Part shown: one piece after another, positions 33,195 through 42,604 of the stretch
Layout of the letters: every line of letters starts with the position of its first letter
Position numbering within the stretch: position 1 is the first letter of the stretch
Origin: Chloroflexia bacterium
Lineage (GTDB): Bacteria > Chloroflexota > Chloroflexia > QHBQ01 > JAICKM01
Assembly: GCA_038228295.1 (NCBI GenBank)
Contig: JBBRPH010000021.1
Span: 9,954 to 73,953 of the forward strand
DNA: 64,000 nucleotides
Direction: 5' to 3'
Notes under the pieces: model-generated
What the model was told of the DNA's origin: nothing
The model's database searches: none
What the model saw: the letters and a program-made list of their open reading frames with translations, nothing else
Made by a program: the position numbers and the translations under genes

Positions 33195-34205
33195 ATGTCG
33201 GACACTCTCATCTGCCCCCACTGCCGGGCCGCCAATCCAGTGGGGTCGCTCTATTGTGATCAATGTTCGTTGCCCTTGCGCGAAAGCACAACCCTGAACA
33301 CTCAGCCCAAAAGTCCACTAGGTACGCCCGGCCCCCGCTCCGTCGCCCCGCCACTGAACACCGCCGGTGCGCCCCCGCCTGGCACTGCTAGTGCCCCACT
33401 GAACACCGCCGGTGCGCCCCCGCCCGGCACTGCTAGTGCGCCCCCGCCGCCGCCGCTGGTGCCGCCGCCCACTACGGCAGCGCGCCTAACAGCGGCGCAA
33501 GCGACGGCCGCCACGACCACGCACTCTGGACCGCCCATGATGCTGATCGGGGGGGCCGTGGTCGCGTTAGTAGTGTTCCTGGTCGGCATGGGGATACTAC
33601 TAGGCGGCGCGCTCAATACACCGGCGGCTCCGGCTACGCCCAACTTGGCCGCGATCATCCAGTTCGCGGTGGGCGCGGAGTCCACCCGGCAGGCCGCCCA
33701 AATCCAGGCGACGTTGGTAGCCTTCCCGGCCGGCGGCCGCGACTCGGCCCGCGCGAGCGCCGTGGCGTTGGCCGTGGCGACAGTGGATGCAGGCGGGGTC
33801 GCGCCACCGACCGCCACCGCCGTGCCGGCCGCCGCGACTGCGGCGGCGGCTGCCACCATCCCGCCCCCGGCCGCGCCGGCCGCAATCACTGTGCCGTTGG
33901 GAGAACTCAATCATTCCGGCGAAAGCGGCACCGCAGTGATCACGGACGAGTTTGACCACGGCACGCGCATCGTACTCCAACTGACCGGCGCGCCCAGCGG
34001 CACGCAACCGGCGCACATCCACCTCGGCACGTGCGATAACGTCGCACCCAAACCGAGCTTCCCGCTCAAAAATGTGGTCAACGGGCGCTCTGATACATTG
34101 CTGTCGGTACCCTTCGATGAAATCCGCAAGGGCGCCTATCTGATCAACATTCACACGTCGCCCACCCGCCTAGAACCCTACGTATCCTGCGGCGTGATTC
34201 CCTAG
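33195..34205 (+). CDS. Zinc-ribbon / TM / Pro-Ala-rich linker / CHRD-like domain protein, paralog 2
   Basis: CPHCRAANPVGSLYCDQCSLPL, one TM segment, and a C-terminal domain visibly similar to paralog 1 at nucleotide level. It contains a 45-bp tandem duplication (33351-33395 and 33396-33440, one mismatch; PLNTAGAPPPGTASA x2). Confidence 0.6.
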   Translation: MSDTLICPHCRAANPVGSLYCDQCSLPLRESTTLNTQPKSPLGTPGPRSVAPPLNTAGAPPPGTASAPLNTAGAPPPGTASAPPPPPLVPPPTTAARLTAAQATAATTTHSGPPMMLIGGAVVALVVFLVGMGILLGGALNTPAAPATPNLAAIIQFAVGAESTRQAAQIQATLVAFPAGGRDSARASAVALAVATVDAGGVAPPTATAVPAAATAAAAATIPPPAAPAAITVPLGELNHSGESGTAVITDEFDHGTRIVLQLTGAPSGTQPAHIHLGTCDNVAPKPSFPLKNVVNGRSDTLLSVPFDEIRKGAYLINIHTSPTRLEPYVSCGVIP

Positions 34206-34218
34206 CCCACTTCACCCC

Positions 34219-36780
34219 CTACCTGCGCCGTCTGCGCTGCGGCCAAGCGACTAGCCCCAGCAGCCCCAGTCCTGTGCCGGCGGTGATCACCGCGCCCCAA
34301 GCAAATCCGACCGGCCGGTAGCGGAACTGCACGCTGTGTGCGCCCGCCGGCAGATAAACGCCACGCAACAGGTGATCGGCGGTCAGGATCGGCGTGGGGT
34401 GCCCATCCACCGTCGCTTCCCAGCCGGGGAACGCCTGGTCGGCCAGGATCAGCACGCTCGCCGCCGGGCTATCGGTGTTCAGCAGCACCGCTTCGGGCGC
34501 ATATTGCGCGATAGTCACATGATCGTCGCGCGCCAACGGCGTAGCGGCGGGCAGCGGCTGATCGGCGGCTAGTGGCGCTGCGAGCATGACCGTGCCGGCG
34601 CGATCAAAGGCCGGCGTCGCCAAGCGGGACAGTTGGGCTACCCCACTCGGCTCCACCGCCAGGCGATGCGCGAGCCAAGCACGCGGCAACACCTGCCTAT
34701 TCTCGTAGACGCTCCATCCATCTTTGCCGCCATTCCAGACCGGTTGGAACCGCGTTTTGGTGGGATCCAGCAGCGCGCCCGTGCGGAACATGAGGTCGCC
34801 GGGCACAGGCTGCCCATCGTTGTAGCGCGTGCCCTGCGGGTAGGAATCGCGTTCGCTATAGGCCAGCGTGCCGGCCCGACCCGTGACTGCGGTGGAGGCT
34901 TCGAGGTAAAAGTAGAAGGTGCGCCCTTTAGCGGCGCGGATGGGCGGGAACTGGAAGATCCACCAGTGCAGATTGCTGAGGCGCGCACTATCTACCGTGC
35001 GCGTAACCAGGTCGGTGAGGGCCGCAGGATCGGCCTTGAGGTGAAACACCAGCGGTCCGCTCAGCCGGTGGAGGTAAGTCGCGCCCAACACCTGCACCTC
35101 GGCCAAGCTATCGCTCGTGGCGACAAAGGTCTGCCCCACCTGATGCGGGCCACGGATCTCACCGACAAACCCCCCGCCGGCCTCTTGGCGTTGATCTAAC
35201 AAATAGTTTGGGTCACTGTCTGCCGAAGCCGGCAGATAACGCACGTTGAACAGATCCAGCAACGGCGATTGCAAGGCATGGAACGGGGCGAAGCCGCCGC
35301 CGCTCCGTAGCGGATCAATGCTCAAGGCCGCTTCATGGTAGCCGAGCGGCTCCAATGCGTCGTATCCGCCTAGATTAGCGAGGCCATAGAGCAGGTTGGT
35401 ATTGGGCATCAGAGCCCAGTCGGTGGCGGCGTAGCGGAACAAGCCCGGCTGCGCGCGCAGAAAATGGGTCATCGGCGTCGGTGGGTAATAAGCGGCGCGC
35501 GCCACAGTGGAGTTATAATCGCTATGCGCTTGCCAGAGATCCGCTCCCGTCAGCAGCAGCAACGCGATCCAGCCGACCCGCGCCCCCAGGGGGCGCGTCC
35601 GCCCCAGCGCGATCACCGCCGCCAACCCCCCGCCCGACGCTAGCAACAAGAACGCAGTGCGGAGCAGCGCCGCATTCCACGTCGCTAACGCCGCTGTTTG
35701 GCCGGCGGGTAAGAGGAACACCGCAGATGCGTTCAGCCAGGGGTAGGCAATACCGATAAGAGCCGACAGGCCGCTAGTCACCGCTAGAAGTGCCAATACT
35801 CCTTGTCGGCGCGCGCTCAGCCGGATGAGGAGCGCCTCGGCCCCTAACGCGGCTAACAAGGCCAGTACGAATTGCACCAGCAACACTAAACGTCCCGTCG
35901 CCGTCACCTGCATCAAGGGAATCAGACGAGTAAGCGGACGAATCACCGGCCAACCATAGGCGGTGCCTAACGCCAACACCGCTAATATACCTCCGAGCAA
36001 GGCCAAGCGACGTTGATACCGAGTGGGGGTCAGGAAGGCAAAAGGTGCAAGTAGCCACGGTAGCAGGCCGCAGTAGCTGTTCATCTCGTTGTAGTTTGCC
36101 ACCCTATCCCACCAGTTATGTCGGGCATCGTTACCAAATAGGTCGGGACTAAAGGTGGTGGCGAAGTAGCGAAAGGGGTAGCCGCCATCCACAGCACCGA
36201 TTTGGCCGTGCGCTGCCCCGGCCGCGCTTTGGTTCAGGTACTCGATGAACGGCCCTAGTTGGATGGCCGCCAGGGCGGCACCCAAGCCGTAGGCGGCGCC
36301 CCATAACGCCAAGCGCCCCACGAAGGTCGCCGGCCGGCGCGACGCCGCCTGCCAGGCCGCGAACAGCGCAAACAGTCCGGTGCCCAACGCCAGTTGGTAG
36401 GCGGTTTCGGGGTGCCCAGCGACGAGGGTCAGCGCCACCACGCCGGCGAGGGCCGCCAGGGGACGCGGACCGGGGCGGGCCATTAGCCGGGCGGTCGTCC
36501 ACCAAAGCCAGGGCAGCCATACCGCGACCGCGCTGTGCGGCCACAGCAGCCAATTGCTGAGGAACGCGCTAAAGGTAAAGGTCAGCACGGCTAAGGCTGC
36601 CGCTAACGGGCGTACCCGTAACGTATCGCGCGCCAGCACATACATCCCCAACGCGGCTACCAACAGCTTGAGCCAGGCGCGCACGGTCAGCATCGCCGGG
36701 TCGGGCCACAGCAGGTAGGGCCAGTTCAGTGGGTAAAACACGGCCGATTGCATATTGCCGATAAACGGCGCGCCGAGCAT
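34219..36780 (-). CDS. YfhO-family polytopic membrane protein (GT-C-like), main part of a gene interrupted by an in-frame TAG
   Basis: MLGAPFIGNMQSAVFYPLNW aligns with the paralog GGMPLFANMQAGVLYPLHLLW. Many TM segments and a large C-terminal extracytoplasmic domain. It is in the same frame as 36841-37107. Confidence 0.7.
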   Translation of the reverse strand: MLGAPFIGNMQSAVFYPLNWPYLLWPDPAMLTVRAWLKLLVAALGMYVLARDTLRVRPLAAALAVLTFTFSAFLSNWLLWPHSAVAVWLPWLWWTTARLMARPGPRPLAALAGVVALTLVAGHPETAYQLALGTGLFALFAAWQAASRRPATFVGRLALWGAAYGLGAALAAIQLGPFIEYLNQSAAGAAHGQIGAVDGGYPFRYFATTFSPDLFGNDARHNWWDRVANYNEMNSYCGLLPWLLAPFAFLTPTRYQRRLALLGGILAVLALGTAYGWPVIRPLTRLIPLMQVTATGRLVLLVQFVLALLAALGAEALLIRLSARRQGVLALLAVTSGLSALIGIAYPWLNASAVFLLPAGQTAALATWNAALLRTAFLLLASGGGLAAVIALGRTRPLGARVGWIALLLLTGADLWQAHSDYNSTVARAAYYPPTPMTHFLRAQPGLFRYAATDWALMPNTNLLYGLANLGGYDALEPLGYHEAALSIDPLRSGGGFAPFHALQSPLLDLFNVRYLPASADSDPNYLLDQRQEAGGGFVGEIRGPHQVGQTFVATSDSLAEVQVLGATYLHRLSGPLVFHLKADPAALTDLVTRTVDSARLSNLHWWIFQFPPIRAAKGRTFYFYLEASTAVTGRAGTLAYSERDSYPQGTRYNDGQPVPGDLMFRTGALLDPTKTRFQPVWNGGKDGWSVYENRQVLPRAWLAHRLAVEPSGVAQLSRLATPAFDRAGTVMLAAPLAADQPLPAATPLARDDHVTIAQYAPEAVLLNTDSPAASVLILADQAFPGWEATVDGHPTPILTADHLLRGVYLPAGAHSVQFRYRPVGFAWGAVITAGTGLGLLGLVAWPQRRRRR

Positions 36781-36840
36781 ATTATTGGGCTGCCAGAGCG
36801 GCCAGGCACCCGCGTGCAGGCGTTGCGCGGCATAGGCCAG

Positions 36841-37107
36841 CTACGGTTCAAACTGCAACACGCTATCCGACAGCAACAGATTGCCCGGCTGCGTCCAACC
36901 GCTAGGAGGCTGCACTTGCCACGGCGGATAATTGTACAGCAAATCGGCGGGCGACAAGATACGCCCACTCAGCAGAGCCGGCGCCAGGAACAGCGATACG
37001 GCCAGCACACACAGCACCCCCGCCACGCCCAACTCGCGCCACGTCAGGGGAGCAAACGAGGTCAGCGGGGGGCGGGAGTCCGCTGCAATCAATTCAGGGG
37101 TCGTCAA
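36841..37107 (-). pseudogene. N-terminal 88 codons of the same YfhO gene, cut off by TAG at 36841-36843
   Basis: First TM plus LLYNYPPWQ...LLSDSVLQFEP*, collinear with the N-terminus of the divergent YfhO paralog. There are 20 sense codons between the TAG and the downstream ATG, in the same frame. Confidence 0.7.
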
Positions 37108-37169
37108 CAGGCACTCTCCTCTTTGCTAACGCAGGTCATTATAGCATAGCGGTACCGACGTAGCCGACT

Positions 37170-37198
37170 TTGACAACCGCCTGCAAATCAGCTATGGT
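37170..37198 (+). promoter_or_regulatory. Candidate sigma70 promoter of the second YfhO gene
   Basis: TTGACA (37170-37175), 17-nt spacer, TATGGT (37193-37198). Confidence 0.5.
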
Positions 37199-37238
37199 GT
37201 GCAAGGCTACGCTGACTCACAACTAGGGGGTTATAGTA

Positions 37239-39782
37239 TTGTTCCACGGCTTCACAGAGGGGCTTTATCACTTGTGGCGCACGCCGCTGCGCCGAACCGA
37301 CAGCCTGGCTGCCGGGTTGTTGCTGCTGCTGGCGCTGCTGTTCCAGGCACCCGGCTTGCTGCCGGGGCGCGTCGCGGCTCCCATGGATCAAGTGCTTACC
37401 TTCGCGCCCTGGCACGCCTATCATCCGGAGAGTACTCCGCGCCAGCTCGGTGGCGATCTGTTGCTACAGCAACTGCCCTGGCGGCATTGGATGCAGCAGG
37501 AACTGGCGACCGGTCGCTTTCCGCTGTGGGCTGCGGCTCCCGCAGGCGGTATGCCGCTATTCGCTAATATGCAGGCCGGTGTGTTATACCCACTTCACCT
37601 GCTGTGGATCTTGTTGCCGCTCGGCGTGGGGCTGGGACTAATCATGGCCCTCAAGTTATGGTTGGCGGGACTGGGAATGTGGGGCTTCTTGCGCGCCCTC
37701 GGTCTCCATCCGGCAGCTGTGTTGCTTGCCGCTCTCAGCTTCGAGTTTTCGGCCTCGATGGTCAACTGGCTGTCCTGGAACCTATCCGGGGTGTATCTCT
37801 TGTTACCCTGGTTTGCCTGGGCAACGTATGCTTGGTGTGTAACCGCCTGCCGCCCGGCACTCGCCGGCTTGGCAGTCCTCACGGCCTGCAGCATTTTCGG
37901 TGGACATCCCGAAACCATGTTTATTGTCGGCGTAGTTACGGCGCTGTGGGCAGGCGGTTTAATCCTCAGCAGCGCGCCGCGACAGTGGGGCCGGCAAATC
38001 GCCGGCTTGACGGGGGCAGCAGCGCTCGGCTTAGCATTGGGGGCCATCCAATTACTACCTTTCCTGCAAGTACTCCCTTTAACCGGCAAGCAACGTGCCA
38101 ATCAGCCGGAAACGACAGCCCTGCTGCATCTGGATCCGGTACAACTATTGGACTGGGCACTACCCCACTCCTGGGGATATACCCCGGATAGTGTACTAGC
38201 GCTTAATCTGATCGGGTTCACGGAAGCAAACGGCTATATCGGTTTAGTGGGGTTGCTAGGCGTGGGCCTAGCGTGTCTGGCCGCGCTACGCCGTCGTCTA
38301 GCCTTCCGTTTGGCGCTGCCGTGGATAGTCATCACTGTGGTCGCAGGACTGGTAGCCTATGACGATCACATCGGCTATGCCATCCGGCTATTACCCGGCT
38401 TTAATCAGAGCATTAACGTGCGCTGGGTGATCGTGCCGGCTGCTAGCCTGTCCATTCTCAGCGCATTTGGCTGGGATTGGCTGGCCCGCCACGCCGGCGC
38501 GCGGCTCACGCGCACCGGCACCGGCCGACTCACCGGCGCGGGGTTGGTGCTGTTCATCGAAGGCCTACTGCTTACAGGTAGCCACCTAGCGGGCCTACTT
38601 CCGTTGCCTAGTCCGATGGAGAAAATGGGTCCGTGGCTGGCGGAAAATGACAGCTACCGCGTCTATTGGGCAGTTTGGGCAGGCAGTATCCTGTTAATGG
38701 TGTTGGGGCTGGTTGCGCTCTGGCAAGGAAGCCGCCGGCTGCACCGACTTGCCCCTACTTTGCTGTGCGGAGTTGTGATCTTGGATCTGTGGCGTTTGCT
38801 GCTGCCCATCAACGGCACTGCGCCCACCGATCAATACTTCCCCTCCACCCCGTTTCTCCGCCAACTCCAGGATCAAATCCCCTCGCCGGAGCGGTTTCTC
38901 ATCCAGGGTAACGCGCTACCGTCGAACACGGCACTGGTGTACGGCTTACGGGATTGGCGGGTACAAGACCCGATGCTGACCTACCGCGCCCAGCAGGCGG
39001 CCTTCGCCGTGAGTCCCGGTCTGACCACCAATACATGGAACCAATACAATATGTTTATGCAGGACATCAACTTCCCCGTGGCGACCATGCTCGGCATCCG
39101 CTACTTTGTGCTACCGGTGCCCGCCGAGGCCGGCGACTTCGGCGACCCGGCCGACAACCCGCCGCCCATCAGCCGCCTGGCCTACAAAGACGGACTGAGC
39201 TTGTGGCGGGCCGATGGGGTGCCGGGCTTCGCCTATCTCAGTGATAAGGTGCAAGTCTTGCCCAACCCAGCGGCCGTGCTGGCGGCGCTCCAGCAGGTAA
39301 CATGGAGGGATGCCCGCGCCTACAAAGCCCTGGTCGAAGGCCCGCCGGAGAACGTCGCGGCGATCCACGCCGGCTCCGCCGTCGGACCGCCGGGCCAGGT
39401 GACAGTGCAGGAATACCTGCCCGGCCACATCCGGCTTACTATTGCCGCCGAACGGCCCAGCTTGCTGGTGATCAGCGAAAGCTGGTATCCCGGTTGGCGC
39501 GCCTTACTCAATGGGCAGGACGTGCCTATTTTGCGCGCCAATTACCTGTCGCAAGGCGTGGTCGTGCCGGCGGGCGCCGGCACGTTGGTGCTGGACTATG
39601 TGCCCGATGCCTTTCGCTACGGCGCGCTGCTAAGTGGGGTTGCTACACTAGGGTTGGCCCTCCTGGCCCTATGGGCTTGGCGTGTGCGGCTACCGCGCCG
39701 TTTACCCGTTCAGCAGCGGCCAGACCAACCAAAGGATGCTGTAGGCGTTGACGGCGAACAGACTCAGCGCGACGGCGGGTAG
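37239..39782 (+). CDS. YfhO-family polytopic membrane protein (GT-C-like)
   Basis: LLLQQLPWRHWMQQELATGRFPLWAAAPAGGMPLFANMQAGVLYPL, more than 12 TM segments, a C-terminal beta-rich domain and a final TM. TTG start is uncertain. The 3' end overlaps the convergent gene by 81 nt. Confidence 0.7.
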   Translation: MFHGFTEGLYHLWRTPLRRTDSLAAGLLLLLALLFQAPGLLPGRVAAPMDQVLTFAPWHAYHPESTPRQLGGDLLLQQLPWRHWMQQELATGRFPLWAAAPAGGMPLFANMQAGVLYPLHLLWILLPLGVGLGLIMALKLWLAGLGMWGFLRALGLHPAAVLLAALSFEFSASMVNWLSWNLSGVYLLLPWFAWATYAWCVTACRPALAGLAVLTACSIFGGHPETMFIVGVVTALWAGGLILSSAPRQWGRQIAGLTGAAALGLALGAIQLLPFLQVLPLTGKQRANQPETTALLHLDPVQLLDWALPHSWGYTPDSVLALNLIGFTEANGYIGLVGLLGVGLACLAALRRRLAFRLALPWIVITVVAGLVAYDDHIGYAIRLLPGFNQSINVRWVIVPAASLSILSAFGWDWLARHAGARLTRTGTGRLTGAGLVLFIEGLLLTGSHLAGLLPLPSPMEKMGPWLAENDSYRVYWAVWAGSILLMVLGLVALWQGSRRLHRLAPTLLCGVVILDLWRLLLPINGTAPTDQYFPSTPFLRQLQDQIPSPERFLIQGNALPSNTALVYGLRDWRVQDPMLTYRAQQAAFAVSPGLTTNTWNQYNMFMQDINFPVATMLGIRYFVLPVPAEAGDFGDPADNPPPISRLAYKDGLSLWRADGVPGFAYLSDKVQVLPNPAAVLAALQQVTWRDARAYKALVEGPPENVAAIHAGSAVGPPGQVTVQEYLPGHIRLTIAAERPSLLVISESWYPGWRALLNGQDVPILRANYLSQGVVVPAGAGTLVLDYVPDAFRYGALLSGVATLGLALLALWAWRVRLPRRLPVQQRPDQPKDAVGVDGEQTQRDGG

Positions 39783-41177
39783 CAACAGGGCCGCGAGGCG
39801 AGCGCGGCGGCCGGCGACAGGGCGGTTGGGCTGCGTCGCGGCCGGGCCAAGCAGGCCGCCGGCCAGCCCGAAGCCGAACAACACCCCCACGGCAGTTAGC
39901 GCCGGATAGAGTTCGCGCCCCTGCCAGGCGATCAGGCGCAGGCTAATCACAATCACCAGCGCGTAGAGCGCCGCCAGCGTCGCCAAGCAGACCGCGCAGA
40001 CCGCCGTCTGCGGCGGGCTCAGGCCGCGCCGTGCCACTAACGCGATGCCGCCCAGCACCGCCAGCAGGGTGAGGCCGGCGAAGGCCAGATAGAGCCAGTC
40101 GGGTAGCGGGATGCGCTGCCAGCCGAAGTTGCCCCAGAAGCTGGCCCACAATTCATGGCGGAACGGGTCACGCAGCCAGAAGAGATCGTTCCATTGCCAC
40201 GGGCTGTCACTGGGCAACATCGCCGTCCAAGCGGCACGCGCCAGCGGATCGTCGTAGACCAATGCACGATAGCTGTAGAACGCGACTACGCCCACCCAGG
40301 TCAGCGCCGCCCAGTGCCAAGCATGGCGGCGGTCGGCCCCCGGCGGGGCGGCGCGGCGCAGCCATAAGACTCCGGCGACGATGGGCAACAGGGGCGCAAG
40401 ACTCAATTTGGTCAGCAAGCCCAGCCCGCAAGCGACCGCCAGCCAGCCGACCCGCCGGGTGCTGCGCGGGCCGGTCAGATGAGCAGCCAGCAGGTAGCTG
40501 ATCCATGCGCCGATCAACGCGGCTAAATTCTCGTTGGTGACACTGGCGCGGATGAAATTGGCCTGCGGGATGCCCGCCACGACAGCGGCGGCCAGCAGCG
40601 ACACGAGGGCCGGCGCGGGCGGCGGCACAAGCAAGCGCGCCGTGGCATAGGTCAGCAATACCACGCCCAATCCACAGAGGATCGCCAGCGCCCGCAGGGT
40701 CAACGGCCAGCTTAACCAGCGTTCGCCGGCGGGGTGTTGTAGCACCAGTAGTGAGTGGGCAGGGTAAGCGGGATTGGTGTGGATGGGCGGGATCAGGTGG
40801 TCGTGCGGCGGCGTGCCGCTCACCAGCCGCACCGCCCGCACCAGGGTCGCGCTCAGTAGGTAATAGAGCGGTGGCTGCACTGCTTCGTTGCTATAGGCGC
40901 CCGCCACAATGGGCGGCAAGTCGCTCCAGCGCACAATATAGTCAATATAGCGCAGGTGCATATACTCGTCGGGCGCTTCACCGTAGGGGGTGGCGAGCGC
41001 AAAGCCGCCGACGGCCAGCAAATAGAGGCCCACCAGCGCCGCCAGCGCCCGGCGAGGCGACCGCGCAGTGGGGAGCGCAAGCACAGGAGCAGCCGACACT
41101 GGGCCTAGCTTTTGGGCTTTTGCGGCGGCAACGCCATACCTAAGCGCCCACCCAACCAGCCACCCCAGGCGCCCCAC
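39702..41177 (-). CDS. GT39/PMT_2 (ArnT-like) polytopic glycosyltransferase
   Basis: YGEAPDEYMHLRYIDYI and NEAVQPPLYYLLSA match the N-terminal loop signature of PMT_2/ArnT-type GT-C enzymes. About 11 TM segments. The start codon is uncertain. Confidence 0.6.
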   Translation of the reverse strand: MGRLGWLVGWALRYGVAAAKAQKLGPVSAAPVLALPTARSPRRALAALVGLYLLAVGGFALATPYGEAPDEYMHLRYIDYIVRWSDLPPIVAGAYSNEAVQPPLYYLLSATLVRAVRLVSGTPPHDHLIPPIHTNPAYPAHSLLVLQHPAGERWLSWPLTLRALAILCGLGVVLLTYATARLLVPPPAPALVSLLAAAVVAGIPQANFIRASVTNENLAALIGAWISYLLAAHLTGPRSTRRVGWLAVACGLGLLTKLSLAPLLPIVAGVLWLRRAAPPGADRRHAWHWAALTWVGVVAFYSYRALVYDDPLARAAWTAMLPSDSPWQWNDLFWLRDPFRHELWASFWGNFGWQRIPLPDWLYLAFAGLTLLAVLGGIALVARRGLSPPQTAVCAVCLATLAALYALVIVISLRLIAWQGRELYPALTAVGVLFGFGLAGGLLGPAATQPNRPVAGRRARLAALLLPAVALSLFAVNAYSILWLVWPLLNG

Positions 41178-41551
41178 CCCAGCGTCAACAGACGAGCGAT
41201 CACGGTGCTGGAGAACAGTTCGAGGGGCGTGGGCACCGATCCGTCGTTAAGGCTGGGCAGCACGCCGGCCGGCACCACTAATTCGGCGATCATGTTGGCG
41301 GTAGCAACGATAGCGCCGGCCAGCAACCCCGCCTGCAAGCCGCGTATGCGGCTACCGGTCTCGCGCCCCGCCAGCAGGCCGGCGATCAACGGCAACACGA
41401 TCTCCAGCAGCGTACCCAGACAGTTGGCCGTGTTCAAATCGGCCGGGTTATGGGCCTGTAGGGCCAGCAAAAACAGCAACGTTTCCAGCACCGCCAGGGG
41501 GCCGCCCAACAGCGCACCCCATTTCAAGACGCTATATCGTTCGGGTGTCAT
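41105..41551 (-). CDS. Small hypothetical membrane protein (4 TM)
   Basis: The ATG at 41551 gives MTPERYSVLKWGALLGGPLAVLETLLFLL. The protein is hydrophobic throughout, and I recognise no family. Confidence 0.4.
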   Translation of the reverse strand: MTPERYSVLKWGALLGGPLAVLETLLFLLALQAHNPADLNTANCLGTLLEIVLPLIAGLLAGRETGSRIRGLQAGLLAGAIVATANMIAELVVPAGVLPSLNDGSVPTPLELFSSTVIARLLTLGWGAWGGWLGGRLGMALPPQKPKS

Positions 41552-41705
41552 GCCGCCCTTTCTGCCCACCGGCCTCGCTAATCGCGCCATTATACCACAA
41601 GTTGCGCCTTTGTCGCCCGACCTCCCTATCGCGTATAATGGGGCACAGCGCGGCCGACTCGCCCCCGCCTGGGGCGCCCCGTCGCCGCGCAAAGGAGCAT
41701 TCCGT

Positions 41706-42587
41706 ATGAGCGCATCCTCCCCTGTGCGCCGCGCCTTCGCCGACCTGGTGCGGAAAGCCGATCCCGACCTCGACCTGGCGCGCGCCGCCTTACTGATCGC
41801 GCAGGTCGAGTATCCCCACCTGGACCTCGATGCCTACCTGGGCCGCTTGGATGCGTTGGCGGCACGAGTAGCGACGCGGCTGGCCGCCGCCGGTACGCCC
41901 TGGGGCAGCGCCGACCCGCCCACGGTCATCGCCGCACTCAACGGCGTGCTGTTCGACGATTTGGGCTTCCACGGCAACAGCGCCGCCTATTATGATCCGC
42001 GCAATTCCTTCCTAAACGAGGTGCTGGACCGGCGCACCGGTATCCCGATCACGATCTCACTAGTCTATATGGAGCTGGCCGCGCGGCTGGGACTGCGCCT
42101 GTTCGGCATTGGAATGCCCGGCCGTTTCATCGTACAGTATCCGGGCCAGGATGGGGGCGGGCCGCACCCACACAGCGGCGAACTATTCATAGACCCCTAC
42201 GCGGGCGGGGCGCTACTCACCCGCGCCGATTGTGCGGAGCACTTCCGCCGGCTCTACGGCCCCGACTTTACCTTCGCAGCCGAACACCTGACCCCGCTCA
42301 CCCGCCACCAGATCCTGACCCGCCTGTTGGGCAACCTGAAGGCGATCTATCTGCGCGCCCACGACTATGCCCGCGCCGTGATCATTGTGGACCGCCTGGT
42401 GCTGGTGCAACCTGCGGCGATCTGGGAGCTAAAAGACCGGGGAATGCTCTACTATCGGCTGGGCGGATTTGTGCCCGCGCTGCATGATCTGCAAAGCTAT
42501 CTGAAACACGACCCCGATGCCGAAGACGCGGCGCTAATCGCCTATTATGTACAGCAATGCCAGTATTTGCTCCTGAGCAAGAACTGA
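41706..42587 (+). CDS. SirB1-like protein (transglutaminase-like core plus C-terminal TPR)
   Basis: AAAGGAG RBS at 41691-41697. LDLARAALLIAQVEYPHLDLDAYL..LD.LA, RNSFLNEVLDRRTGIPITISLVYMELA..LGL...GI.MPG.F and a TPR-like tail. The longer ORF from 41112 is an antisense artefact. Confidence 0.65.
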   Translation: MSASSPVRRAFADLVRKADPDLDLARAALLIAQVEYPHLDLDAYLGRLDALAARVATRLAAAGTPWGSADPPTVIAALNGVLFDDLGFHGNSAAYYDPRNSFLNEVLDRRTGIPITISLVYMELAARLGLRLFGIGMPGRFIVQYPGQDGGGPHPHSGELFIDPYAGGALLTRADCAEHFRRLYGPDFTFAAEHLTPLTRHQILTRLLGNLKAIYLRAHDYARAVIIVDRLVLVQPAAIWELKDRGMLYYRLGGFVPALHDLQSYLKHDPDAEDAALIAYYVQQCQYLLLSKN

Positions 42588-42604
42588 CGGACTGGGAGAC
42601 CTAG

